Shown here piece after piece: positions 1 to 14,400 of a stretch of 64,000 nt of DNA (position 1 is the stretch's first letter; the number at the start of each line of letters is the position of its first letter). The translations under genes and the position numbers were made by a program. The notes under the pieces were generated by a model. That model was not told the DNA's origin and made no database searches. It saw nothing but the letters and a program-made list of their open reading frames with translations. The stretch is taken from the NCBI RefSeq assembly GCF_009914755.1, contig NC_060937.1. One strand, 5' to 3'. Source of the DNA: the human T2T-CHM13v2.0 reference genome, Homo sapiens.

Positions 1-3000
1 TACTTTCATATTTTATGTACCTAATATAATATATATTTGATGTGCTTTCATATTTTATATACAGTATATAATACATGCTTTGGGTACTTTGATTTTTTTT
101 TACAGTATAGAATATATACCTTGGGTACTTTGATATTTTATCTACAGTATATAATATATAGTTTGTGAACTTTGATATTTCATGTACAGTATATCATATA
201 TATTTGGGGTTCCTTTATATTTTATGTACGGTATATAATCTATATTTGATGTATTTCATATTTTACGTACCTAATATAATATATATTTGATGTAATTCCA
301 TATTTTATGTACAGTATATAATGTATAGTTTGGGTACCTTGATATTTTATGTACACTATAAAATATATATCTGGTGTACTTTGATATTTTATGTACAGAA
401 TAAAATATATATTTGATGTACTTTCATCTTTTATGTACAGTATATAATACTTGCTTTGGGTACTTTGATATTTTATGTACATTATATAATATATATTTTG
501 TAAATTTTGATATTTCATGTACACTGTATAATATATATTTGGGCTACTTTGCTATTTTATGTACAGTATATCATCTATATTTTATGTACTTTCATATTTT
601 ATGTACCTAATATAATATATATTTGATGTGCTTTCATATTTTATGTACAGTATATAATACATGCTTTGGGTACTTTGATATTTTTTGTACATTATAGAAT
701 ATGTACCTTGGGTACTTTGATATTTTATCTACAGTATATAATATATAGTTTGTGAACTTTGATATTTCATGTACAGTATATCATATATATTTGGGGTTCC
801 TTTATATTTTATGTATGGTATATAATCTATATTTGATGTACTTTCATCTTTTACGTACCTAATATAATATATATTTGATGTAATTCCATATTTTATGTAC
901 AGTATATAATGTATAGTATGGGTACCTTGATATTTTATGTACACTATAAAATATATATCTGGTGTACTTTGATATTTTATGTACAGAATAAAATATATAT
1001 TTGATGTACTTTCATCTTTTATGTACAGTATATAATACTTGCTTTGGGTACTTTGATATTTTATGTACATTATGTAATATATATTTTGTAAATTTTTATA
1101 TTTCATGTACACTGTATAATATATATTTGGGCTACTTTGATATTTTATGTACAGTATATCATCTATATTTTATGTACTTTCATATTTTATGTACCTAATA
1201 TAATATATATTTGATGTGCTTTCACATTTTATGTACAGTATATAATACATGCTTTGGGTACTTTGATATTTTTTTTACAGTATAGAATATATACCTTGGG
1301 TACTTTGATATTTTATCTACAGTATATAATATATAGTTTGTGAACTTTGATATTTCATGTACAGTATATCATATATATTTGGGGTTCCTTTATATTTTAT
1401 GTATGGTATATAATCTATATTTGATGTACTTTCATATTTTAAGTACCTAATATATTATATATTTGATGTAATTCCATATTTTATGTACAGTATGTAATGT
1501 ATAGTTTGGGTAATTTCATATTTTATGTACACTATAAAATATATATCTGGTTTACTTTGTTATTTTATGTACAGAATAAAATATATATTTGATGTACTTT
1601 CATATTTTATGTACAGTATATAATACATGCTTTGGGTACTTTGATATTTTATGTACATTATATAATACGTATTTTGTAAATTTTGATATTTCATGTACAC
1701 TGTATAATATATATTTGGGCTACTTTGATATTTTATGTACAGTATATCATCTATATTTTATGTACTTTCATATTTTATGTACCTAATATAATATATATTT
1801 GATGTTCTTTCATATTTTATGTACAGTATATAATACATGCTTTGGGTACTTTGATATTTTTTTTACAGTATAGAATATATACCTTGGGTACTTTGATATT
1901 TTATCTACAGTACATAATATATAGTTTGTGAACTTTGATATTTCATGTACAGTATATCATATATATTTGGGGTTCCTTTATATTTTATGTATGGTATATA
2001 ATCTATATTTGATGTACTTTCATATTTTACGTACCTAATATAATATATATTTGATGCAATTTCATATTTTATGTACAGTATGTAACGTATAGTTTGGGTA
2101 CTTTGATATTTTATGTACACTATAAAATATATATCTGGTGTACTTTGTTATTTTATGTACAGAATAAAATATATATTTGATGTACTTTCATATTTTATGT
2201 ACAGTATATAATACATGCTTTGGGTACTTTGATATTTTATGTACATTATATAATATATATTTTGTAAATTTTGATATTTCATGTACACTGTATAATATAT
2301 ATTTGGGCTACTTTGATATTTTATGTACAGTATATCATCTATATTTTATGTACTTTCATATTTTATGTACCTAATATAATATATATTTGATGTAATTTCA
2401 TATTTTATGTACAGTATATAATACATGCTTTGGATACTTTGATACTTTTTTGTACAGTATAGAATATATACCTTGGGTACTTTGATATTTTATCTACAGT
2501 ATATAATATATAGTTTGTGAACTTTGATATTTCATGTACAGTATATCATATATATTTGGGGTTCCTTTATATTTTATGTATGGTATATAATCTATATTTG
2601 ATGTACTTTCATCTTTTACGTACCTAATATAATATATATTTGATGTAATTCCATATTTTATGTACAGTATATAATGTATAGTATGGGTACCTTGATATTT
2701 TATGTACACTATAAAATATATATCTGGTGTACTTTCATATTTTATGTACAGAATAAAATATATATTTGATGTACTTTCATCTTTTATGTACAGTATATAA
2801 TACTTGCTTTGGGTACTTTGATATTTTATGTACATTATGTAATATATATTTTGTAAATTTTGATATTTCATGTACACTGTATAATATATATTTGGGCTAC
2901 TTTGATATTTTATGTACAGTATATCATCTATATTTTATGTACTTTCATATTTTATGTACCTAATATAATATATATTTGATGTGCCTTCATATTTTATGTA

Positions 3001-6000
3001 CAGTATATAATACATGCTTTGGGTACTTTGATATTTTTTTTACAGTATAGAATATATACCTTGGGTACTTTGATATTTTATCTACAGTATATAATATATA
3101 GTTTGTGAACTTTGATATTTCATGTACAGTATATCATATATATTTGGGGTTCCTTTATATTTTATGTATGGTATATAATCTATATTTGATGTACTTTCAT
3201 ATTTTAAGTACCTAATATAATATATATTTGATGTAATTCCATATTTTATGTACAGTATGTAATGTAGAGTTTGGGTAATTTCATATTTTATGTACACTAT
3301 AAAATATATATCTGGTTTACTTTGTTATTTTATGTACAGAATAAAATATATATTTGATATACTTTCATATTTTATGTACAGTATATAATACATGCTTTGG
3401 GTACTTTGATATTTTATGTACATTATATAATATGTATTTTGTAAATTTTGATATTTCATGTACACTGTATAATATATATTTGGGCTACTTTGATATTTTA
3501 TGTACAGTATACCATCTATATTTTATGTACTTTCATATTTTACGTACCTAATATAATATATATTTGATGTAATTTCATATTTTATGTACAGTATATAATA
3601 CATGCTTTGGGTACTTTGATATTTTTTTTACAGTATAGAATATATACCTTGGGTACTTTGATATTTTATCTACAGTATATAATATATCGTTTGTGAACTT
3701 TGATATTTCATGTACAGTATATCATATATATTTGGGGTTCCTTTATATTTTATGTATGGTATATAATCTATATTTGATGTACTTTCATATTTTACGTACC
3801 TAATATAATATATATTTGATGTAATTCCATATTTTATGCACAGTATATAATGTATAGTTTGGGTACCTTGATATTTTATGTACACTATACAATATATATC
3901 TGGTGTACTTTGATATTTTATGTACAGAATAAAATATATAATTGATGTACTTTCATCTTTTATGTACAGTATATAATACTTACTTTGGGTACTTTGATAT
4001 TTTATGTACGTTATATAATATATATTTTGTAAATTTTGATATTTCATGTACACTGTATAATATATATTTGGGCTACTTTGATATTTTATGTACAGTATAT
4101 CATCTATATTTTATGTACTTTCATATTTTATGTACCTAATATAATATATATTTGATGTGCTTTCATATTTTATGTACAGTATATAATACATACTTTGGGT
4201 ACTTTGATATTTTTTTTACAGTATAGAATATATACCTTGGGTACTTTGATATTTTATCTACAGTATATAATATATAGTTTGTGAACTTTGATATTTCATG
4301 TACAGTATATCATATATATTTGGGGTTCCTTTATATTTTATGTATGGTATATAATCTATATTTGATGTACTTTCATATTTTACGTACCTAATATAATATA
4401 TATTTGATGTAATTCCATATTTTATGTACAGTATGTAATGTATAGTTTGGGTAATTTCATATTTTATGTACACTATAAAATATATATCTGGTGTACTTTG
4501 TTATTTTATGTACAGAATAAAATATATATTTGATGTACCTTCATATTTTATGTACAGTATATAATACATGCTTTGGGTACTTTGATATTTTATGTACATT
4601 ATATAATATATATTTTGTAAATTTTGATATTTCATGTACACTGTATAATATATATTTGGGCTACTTTTTTATTTTATGTACAGTATATCATCTATATTTT
4701 ATGTACTTTCATATTTTACGTACCTAATATAATATATATTTGATGTAATTTCATATTTTATGTACAGTATATAATACATGCTTTGGATACTTTGATACTT
4801 TTTTGTACAGTATAGAATATATACCTTGGGTACTTTGATATTTTATCTACAGTATATAATATATAGTTTGTGAACTTTGATATTTCATGTACAGTATATC
4901 ATATATATTTGGGGTTCCTTTATATTTTATGTACGGTATATAATCTATATTTGATGTATTTCATATTTTATGTACCTAATATAATATATATTTGATGTAA
5001 TTTCATATTTTATGTACAGTATATAATAAATAGTTTGGGTACTTTGATATTTTATGTACACGATAAAATATATATCTGGTGTACTTTGATATTTTATGTA
5101 CAGAATAAAATATATATTTGATGTACTTTCATCTTTTATGTACAGTATATAATACTTGCTTTGGGTACTTTGATATTTTTTGTACAGTATAGAATATATA
5201 CCTTGGGTACTTTGATATTTTATCTACAGTATATAATATATAGTTTGTGAACTTTGATGTTTCATGTACAGTATATCATCTATATTTTATGTACTTTCAT
5301 ATTTTATGTACCTAATATAATATATATTTGATGTGCTTTCATATTTTATGTACAGTATATAATACATTCTTTGGGTACTTTGATATTTTTTGTACAGTAT
5401 AGAATATATACCTTGGGTACTTTGATATTTTATCTACAGTATATAATATATAGTTTGTGAACTTTGATATTTCATGTACAGTATATCATATATATTTGGG
5501 GTTCCTTTATATTTTATGTATGGTATATAATGTATATTTGATGTACTTTCATATTTTACGTACGTAATATAATATATATTTGATGTAATTCCATATTTTA
5601 TGTACAGTATATAATGTATAGTTTGGGTACCTTGATATTTTATGTACACTATAAAATATATATCTGGTGTACTTTGATATTTTATGTACAGAATAAAATA
5701 TATATTTGATGTACTTTCATCTTTTATGTACAGTATATAATACTTGCTTTGGGTACTTTGATATTTTATGTACATTATATAATATATATTTTGTAAATTT
5801 TGATATTTCATGTACACTGTATAATATATATTTGGGCTACTTTGATATTTTATGTACAGTATATCATCTATATTTTATGTACTTTCATATTTTATGTACC
5901 TAATATAATATATATTTGATGTAATTTCATATTTTATGTACAGCATATAATACATGCTTTGGGTATTTGATATTTTTTTTACAGTATAGAATATATACCT

Positions 6001-8532
6001 TGGGTACTTTGATATTTTATCTACAGTATATAATATATAGTTTGTGATCTTTGATATTTCATGTACAGTATATCATATATATTTGGGGTTCCTTTATATT
6101 TTATGTATGGTATATAATCTATATTTGATGTACTTTCATATTTTACTTACCTAATATATATTTGATGTAATTCCATATTTTATGTACAGTATGTAATGTA
6201 TAGTTTGGGTAATTTCATATTTTATGTACACTATAAAATATATATCTGGTGTACTTTGTTATTTTATGTAGAGAATAAAATATATATTTGATGTACCTTC
6301 ATATTTTATGTACAGTATATAATACATGCTTTGGGTACTTTGATATTTTATGTACATTATATAATATATATTTTGTAAATTTTGATATTTCATGTACACT
6401 GTATAATATATATTTGGGCTACTTTGATATTTTATGTACAATATATCATCTATATTTTATGTACTTTCATATTTATGAACCTAATATAATATATATTTGA
6501 TGTGCTTTCATATTTTATGTACAGTATATAATACATGCTTTGGGTACTTTGATTTTTTTTTACAGTATAGAATATATACCTTGGGTACTTTGATATTTTA
6601 TCTACAGTATATAATATATAGTTTGTGAACTTTGATATTTCATGTACAGTATATCATATATATTTGGGGTTCCTTTATATTTTATGTATGATATATAATC
6701 TATATTTGATGTACTTTCATATTTTACGTACCTAATATAATATATATTTGATGTAATTCCATATTTTATGTACAGTATGTAATGTATAGTTTGGGTAATT
6801 TCATATTTTATGTACACTATAAAATATATATCTGGTGTACTTTGTTATTTTATGTACAGAATAAAATATATATTTGATGTACTTTCATATTTTATGTACA
6901 GTATATAATACATGCTTTGGGTACTTTGATATTTTTTGTACAGTATAGAATATATACCTTGGGTACTTTGACATTTTATCTACAGTATATAATATATAGT
7001 TTGTGAACTTTGATATTTCATGTACAGTATATCATATATATTTGGGGTTCCTTTATATTTTATGTATGGTATATAATCTATATTTGATGTACTTTCATAT
7101 TTTACGTACCTAATATAATATATATTTGATGTAATTCCATATTTTATGTACAGTATGTAATGTATAGTTTGGGTACTTTGTTATTTTATGTACAATATAA
7201 AATATATATCTGGTGTACTTTGTTATTTTATGTACAGAATAAAATATATATTTGATGTACTTTCATATTTTATGTACAGTATATAATACATGCTTTGGGT
7301 ACTTTGATATTTTTTGTACAGTATAGAATATATACCTTGGATACTTTGATATTTTATGTACAGTATATAATATATAGTTTGTGTATTTTGATATTTCATT
7401 TATAGTATATAATATATAGTTGGGGTTCTTTTATATATTATGTACAGTATATAATCTATATTTGATGTACTTTCATATTTTACTTACCTAATATAATATA
7501 TATTTGATGTAATTTCATATTTTATGTACAGTATATAATGTATAGTTTGGGTACCTTGATATTTTATGTACACTCTAAAATATATATCTGGTGTACTTTG
7601 ATATTTTATGTACAGAATAAAATATATATTTGATGTACTTTCATCTTTTATGTACAGTATATAATACTTGCTTTGGGTACTTTGATATTTTATGTACATT
7701 ATATAATCTATATTTTGTAAATTTTGATATTTCATGTACACTGTATAATATATATTTGGGCTACTTTGATATTTTATGTACAGTATATCATCTATATTTT
7801 ATGTACTTTCATATTTTATGTACCTAATATAATATATATTTGATGTGCTTTCATATTTTATGTACAGTATATAATACATGCTTTGGGTACATTGATTTTT
7901 TTTTACAGTATAGAATATATATCTTTGTTACTTTGATATTTTATCTACAGTATATAATATATAGTTTGTGAACTTTGATATTTCATGTACGGTTTATCAT
8001 ATATATTTGGGGTTCCTTTATATTTTATGTATGGTATATAATCTATATTTGATGTACTTTCATATTTTACGTACCTATTATAATATATATTTGATGTAAT
8101 TCCATATTTTATGTACAGTATGTAATGTATAGTTTGGGTAATTTCATATTTTATGTACACTATAAAATATATATCTGGTGTACTTTGTTATTTTATGTAC
8201 AGAATAAAATATATATTTGATGTACTTTCATATTTTATGTACAGTATATAATACATGCTTTCGGTACTTTGATATTTTATGTACATTATATAATATATAT
8301 TTTGTAAGTTTTGATATTTCATGTACACTGTATAATATATATTTGGGCTACTTTGATATTTTATGTACATTATATCATCTATATTTTATGTACTTTCATA
8401 TTTTACGTACCTAATATAATATATATTTGATGTAATTTCATATTTTATGTACAGTATATAATACATGCTTTGAGTACTTTGATATTTTTTTTACAGTATA
8501 GAATATATACCTTGGGTACTTTGATATTTTAT
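1..8532 (-). repeat. 588-bp (14 x 42) variant HOR domain
   Basis: Homologous ORF starts at 413, 1001, 1589, 2177, 2766, 3354, 3942, 4530, 5706 (588-589-bp steps). Private monomers TTTGTAAATTTTG, TTTGGGCTACTTTG and ATCATCTATATTTTATG. A few irregular units at ~4850-5430 and ~6600-7480. Confidence 0.9.
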
Positions 8533-11430
8533 CTACAGTATATAATATATAGTTTGTGAACTTTGATATTTCATGTACTGTATATCATATATATTTGGGG
8601 TTCCTTTATATTTTATGTATGGTATATAATCTATATTTGATGTACTTTCATCTTTTACGTACCTAATATAATATATATTTGATGTAATTCCATATTTTAT
8701 GTACAGTATATAATGTATAGTTTGGGTACCTTGATATTTTATGTACACGATAAAATATATATCTGGTGTACTTTGATATTTTATGTACAGAATAAAATAT
8801 ATATTTGATGTAATTTTATCTTTTATGTACAGTATATAATACTTGCTTTGGGTACTTTGATATTTTATGTACATTATATAATATATATTTTGTAAATTTT
8901 GATATTTCATGTACACTGTATAATATATATTTGGGCTACTTTGTTATTTTATGTACAGTATATCATCTATATTTTATGTACTTTCATATTTAATGTACCT
9001 AATATAATATATATTTGATGTAATTTCATATTTTATGTACAGTATATAATACATGCTTTGGGTACTTTGATATTTTTTTTACAGTATAGAATATATACCT
9101 TGGGTACTTTGATATTTTATCTACAGTATATAATATATAGTTTGTGAACTTTGATATTTCATGTACAGTATATCATATATATTTGGGGTTCCTTTATATT
9201 TTATGTATGGTATATAATCTATATTTGATGTACTTTCATATTTTACGTACCTAATATAATATATATTTGATGTAATTCCGTATTTTATGTACAGTATGTA
9301 ATGTATAGTGTGGGTACTTTGATATTTTATGTACACTATAAAATATATATCTGGTGTACTTTGTTATTTTATGTACAGAATAAAATATATATTTGATGTA
9401 CTTTCATATTTTATGTACAGTATATAATACATGCTTTGGGTACTTTGATATTTTTTGTACAGTATAGAATATATACCTTGGGTACTTTGATATTTTATCT
9501 ACAGTATATAATATATAGTTTGTGAACTTTGATATTTCATGTACAGTATATCATATATATTTGGGGTTCCTTTATATTTTATGTAAGGTATATAATCTAT
9601 ATTTGATGTACTTTCATATTTTACGTACGTAATATAATATATATTTGATGTAATTCCATATTTTATGTACAGTATATAATGTATAGTTTGGGTACCTTGA
9701 TATTTTATGTACACTATAAAATATATATCTGGTGTACTTTGATATTTTATGTACAGAATAAAATATATATTTGATGTAATTTTATCTTTTATGTACAGTA
9801 TATAATACTTGCTTTGGGTACTTAGATATTTTATGTACAATATATAATATATATTTTGTAAATTTTGATATTTCATGTACACTGTATAATATATATTTGG
9901 GCTACTTTGATATTTTATGTACAGTATATCATCTATATTTTATGTACTTTCATATTTTATGTACCTAATATAATATATATTTGATGTAATTTCATATTTT
10001 ATGTACAGTATATAATACATGCTTTGGGTACTTTGATATTTTTTTTACAGTATAGAATATATACCTTGGGTACTTTGATATTTTATCTACAGTATATAAT
10101 ATATAGTTTGTGAACTTTGATATTTCATGTACAGTATATCATATATATTTGGGGTTCCTTTATATTTTATGTATGGTATATAATCTATATTTGATGTACT
10201 TTCATATTTTACGTACCTAATATAATATATATTTGATGTAATTCCGTATTTTATGTACAGTATGTAATGTATAGTGTGGGTACTTTGATATTTTATGTAC
10301 ACTATAAAATATATATCTGGTGTACTTTGTTATTTTATATACAGAATAAAATATGTATTTGATGTACTTTCATATTTTATGTACAGTATATAATACATGC
10401 TTTGGGTACTTTGATATTTTTTGTACAGTATAGAATATATACCTTGGGTACTTTGATATTTTATCTACAGTATATAATATATAGTTTGTGAACTTTGATA
10501 TTTCATGTACAGTATATCATATATATTTGGGGTTCCTTTATATTTTATGTAAGGTATATAATCTATATTTGATGTACTTTCATATTTTACGTACGTAATA
10601 TAATATATATTTGATGTAATTCCATATTTTATGTACAGTATATAATGTATAGTTTGGGTACCTTGATATTTTATGTACACTATAAAATATATATCTGGTG
10701 TACTTTGATATTTTATGTACAGAATAAAATGTATATTTGATGTAATTTTATCTTTTATGTACAGTATATAATACTTGCTTTGGGTACTTAGATATTTTAT
10801 GTACAATATATAATATATATTTTGTAAATTTTGATATTTCATGTACACTGTATAATATATATTTGGGCTACTTTGATATTTTATGTACAGTATATCATCT
10901 ATATTTTATGTACTTTCATATTTTATGTACCTAATATAATATATATTTGATGTAATTTCATATTTTATGTACAGTATATAATACATGCTTTGGGTACTTT
11001 GATATTTTTTTTACAGTATAGAATATATACCTTGGGTACTTTGATAGTTTATCTACAGTATATAATATATAGTTTGTGAACTTTGATATTTCATGTAGAG
11101 TATATCATATATATTTGGGGTTCCTTTATATTTTATGTATGGTATATAATCTATATTTGATGTACTTTCATATTTTACGTACCTAATATAATATATATTT
11201 GATGTAATTCCATATTTTATGTACAGTATGTAATGTATAGTGTGGGTACTTTGATATTTTATGTACACTATAAAATATATATCTGGTGTACTTTGTTATT
11301 TTATGTACAGAATAAAATATATATTTGATGTACTTTCATATTTTATGTACAGTATATAATACATGCTTTGGGTACTTTGATATTTTTTTTACAGTATAGA
11401 ATATATACCTTGGGTACTTTGATATTTTAT
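8533..11430 (-). repeat. 966-bp (588+378; 23 monomers) unit, three tandem copies
   Basis: ORF ends at 8533/9499/10465 and 9121/10087/11053 are exactly 966 apart. Shared markers GTAATTTTATCTTTT and TAGTGTGGGTAC. Confidence 0.9.
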
Positions 11431-14400
11431 CTACAGTATATAATATATAGTTTGTGAACTTTAATATTTCATGTACAGTATATCATATATATTTGGGGTT
11501 CCTTTATATTTTATGTATGGTATATAATCTATATTTGATGTACTTTCATATTTTACGTGCCTAATATAATATATATTTGATTTAATTCCATATTTTATGT
11601 ACAGTATATAATACATGCTTTGGGTACTTTGATATTTTTTGTACAGTATAGAATATATACCTTGGGTACTTTGATATTTTATGTACAGTATATAATATAT
11701 AGTTTGTGTATTTTGATATTTCATGTACAGTATATAATATATAGTTGGGGTTCTTTTATATATTATGTACAGTATATAATCTATATTTGATGTACTTTCA
11801 TATTTTAGGTAACTAATATAATATATATTTGATGTACTTTCATATTTTATGTACAGTATATAATGTATAGTTTGGGTACTTTGATATTTTATGTACACTA
11901 TAAAATATATATCTGGTGTACTTTGATATTTTATGTACAGAATAATATATATATTTGATGTACTTTCATATTTTATGTACAGTATATGATACATGCTTTG
12001 GGTACTTTGTTATTTTTTGTACAGTATAGAATATATACCTTGGGTACTTTGATATTTTATCTACAGTATATAATATATAGTTTGTGAACTTTGATATTTC
12101 ATGTACAGTATATAATATATATTTGGGGTAATTTGATATTTTATGTACAGTTAATAATCTATATTTGATGTACTTTCATATTTTAGGTAACTAATATAAT
12201 ATATATTTGATGTAATTTCATATTTTATGTACAGTTTATAATGTATAGTTTGGGTATTTTGATATTTTCTGTACACTATAAAATATATATCTGGTGTACT
12301 TTGATATTTTATGTACAGAATAAAATATATATTTGATGTACTTTCATATTTTATGTACAGTATATAATACATGCTTTGGGTACTTTGATATTTTTTGTAC
12401 ATTATAGAATATATACCTTGGGTACTTTGATATTTTATGTACAGTATATAATATATAGTTTGTGAATTTTGATATCTCATGTACAGTATATAATATATAT
12501 TTGGGGTTCTTTGATATTTTATGTACAGTTAATAATCTATATTTGATGTACTTTCATATTTTATGTTCCTAATATAATATATATTTGATGTAATTTCATA
12601 TTTTATGTACAGTATGTAATGTATAGTTTGGGTACTTTGATATTTTATGTACACTATAAAATATATATCTGGTGTACTTTGATATTTTATGTACAGAATA
12701 AAATATATATTTGATGTACTTTCATCTTTTATGTACAGTATATAATACATGCTTTGGGTACTTTGGTATTTTTTGTACAGTATAGAATATATACCTTGGG
12801 TACTTTGATAGTTTATGTACAGTATATAATATATAGTTTGTGTATTTTGATATTTCATGTACAGTATATAATATATATTTGGGGTTCTTTTATATTTTAT
12901 GTACAGTATATAATCTATATTTGATGTACTTTCATATTTTATGTACCTAATATAAAATATATTTGATGTAATTTCATATTTTATGTACAGTATATAATGT
13001 ATAGTTTGGGTACTTTGATATTTTATGTACACTATAAAATATATGTCTGGTGTACTTTGATATTTTATGTACAGGATAAAATATATATTTGATGTACTCT
13101 CATATTTTATGTACAGTATATAATACATGCTTTGGGTACTTTGATATTTTTTGTACAGTATAGAATATATACCTTGGGTAACTTGATATTTTATGTACAG
13201 TATATAATATATAGTTTGTGAACTTTGATATTTCATGTACAGTATATAATATATATTTGGGGTTCTTTGATATTTTTTGTACAGTTAATAATCTATATTT
13301 GATGTACTTTCATATTTTATGTACCCAATATAATATATATTTGATGTAATTTCATATTTTATGTACAGTATATAATGTATAGTTTGTGTACCTTGATGTT
13401 TTATGTACACTATAAAATATATATCTGGTGTACTTTGATATTTTATGTACAGAATAAAATATATATTTGATGTACTTTCATCTTTTATGTACAGTATATA
13501 ATACTTGCTTTGGGTACTTTGATATTTTTTGTACAGTATATAATAGATAGTTTCTGTTTTTTGATATTTCATGTACAGTATATAATATATATTTTGGGTA
13601 CTTTGATATTTTATGTACAGTATATAATCTATCTTTGATGTACTTTCATATTTTATGTACCTAATATAATATATATTTGATGTAATTTCATATTTTATGT
13701 ACAGTATATAATGTATAGTTTGGGTACTTTGATATTTTATGTACACTATAAAATATATATCTGGTGTACTTTGATATTTTATGTACAGAATAAAATATAT
13801 ATTTGATGTACTTTCATCTTTTATGTACAGTATATAATACATGCTTTGGGTACTTTGATATTTTTTGTACAGTATAGAATATATATTTTGTAAATTTTGA
13901 TATTTCATGTACACTGTATAATATATATTTGGGCTACTTTGATATTTTATGTACAGTATATCATCTATATTTTATGTACTTTCATATTTTATGTACCTAA
14001 TATAATATATATTTGATGTGCTTTCATATTTTATGTACAGTATATAATACATGCTTTGGGTACTTTGATTTTTTTTTACAGTATAGAATATATACCTTGG
14101 GTACTTTGATATTTTATCTACAGTATATAATATATAGTTTGTGAACTTTGATATTTCATGTACAGTATATCATATATATTTGGGGTTCCTTTATATTTTA
14201 TGTATGGTGTATAATCTATATTTGATGTACTTTCATATTTTATGTACCTAATATAATATATATTTGATGTAATTTCATATTTTATGTACAGTATATAATG
14301 TATAGTTTGGGTACTTTGATATTTTATGTACACTATAAAATATATATCTGGTGTACTTTGATATTTTATGTACAGAATAAAATATATATTTGATGTACTT

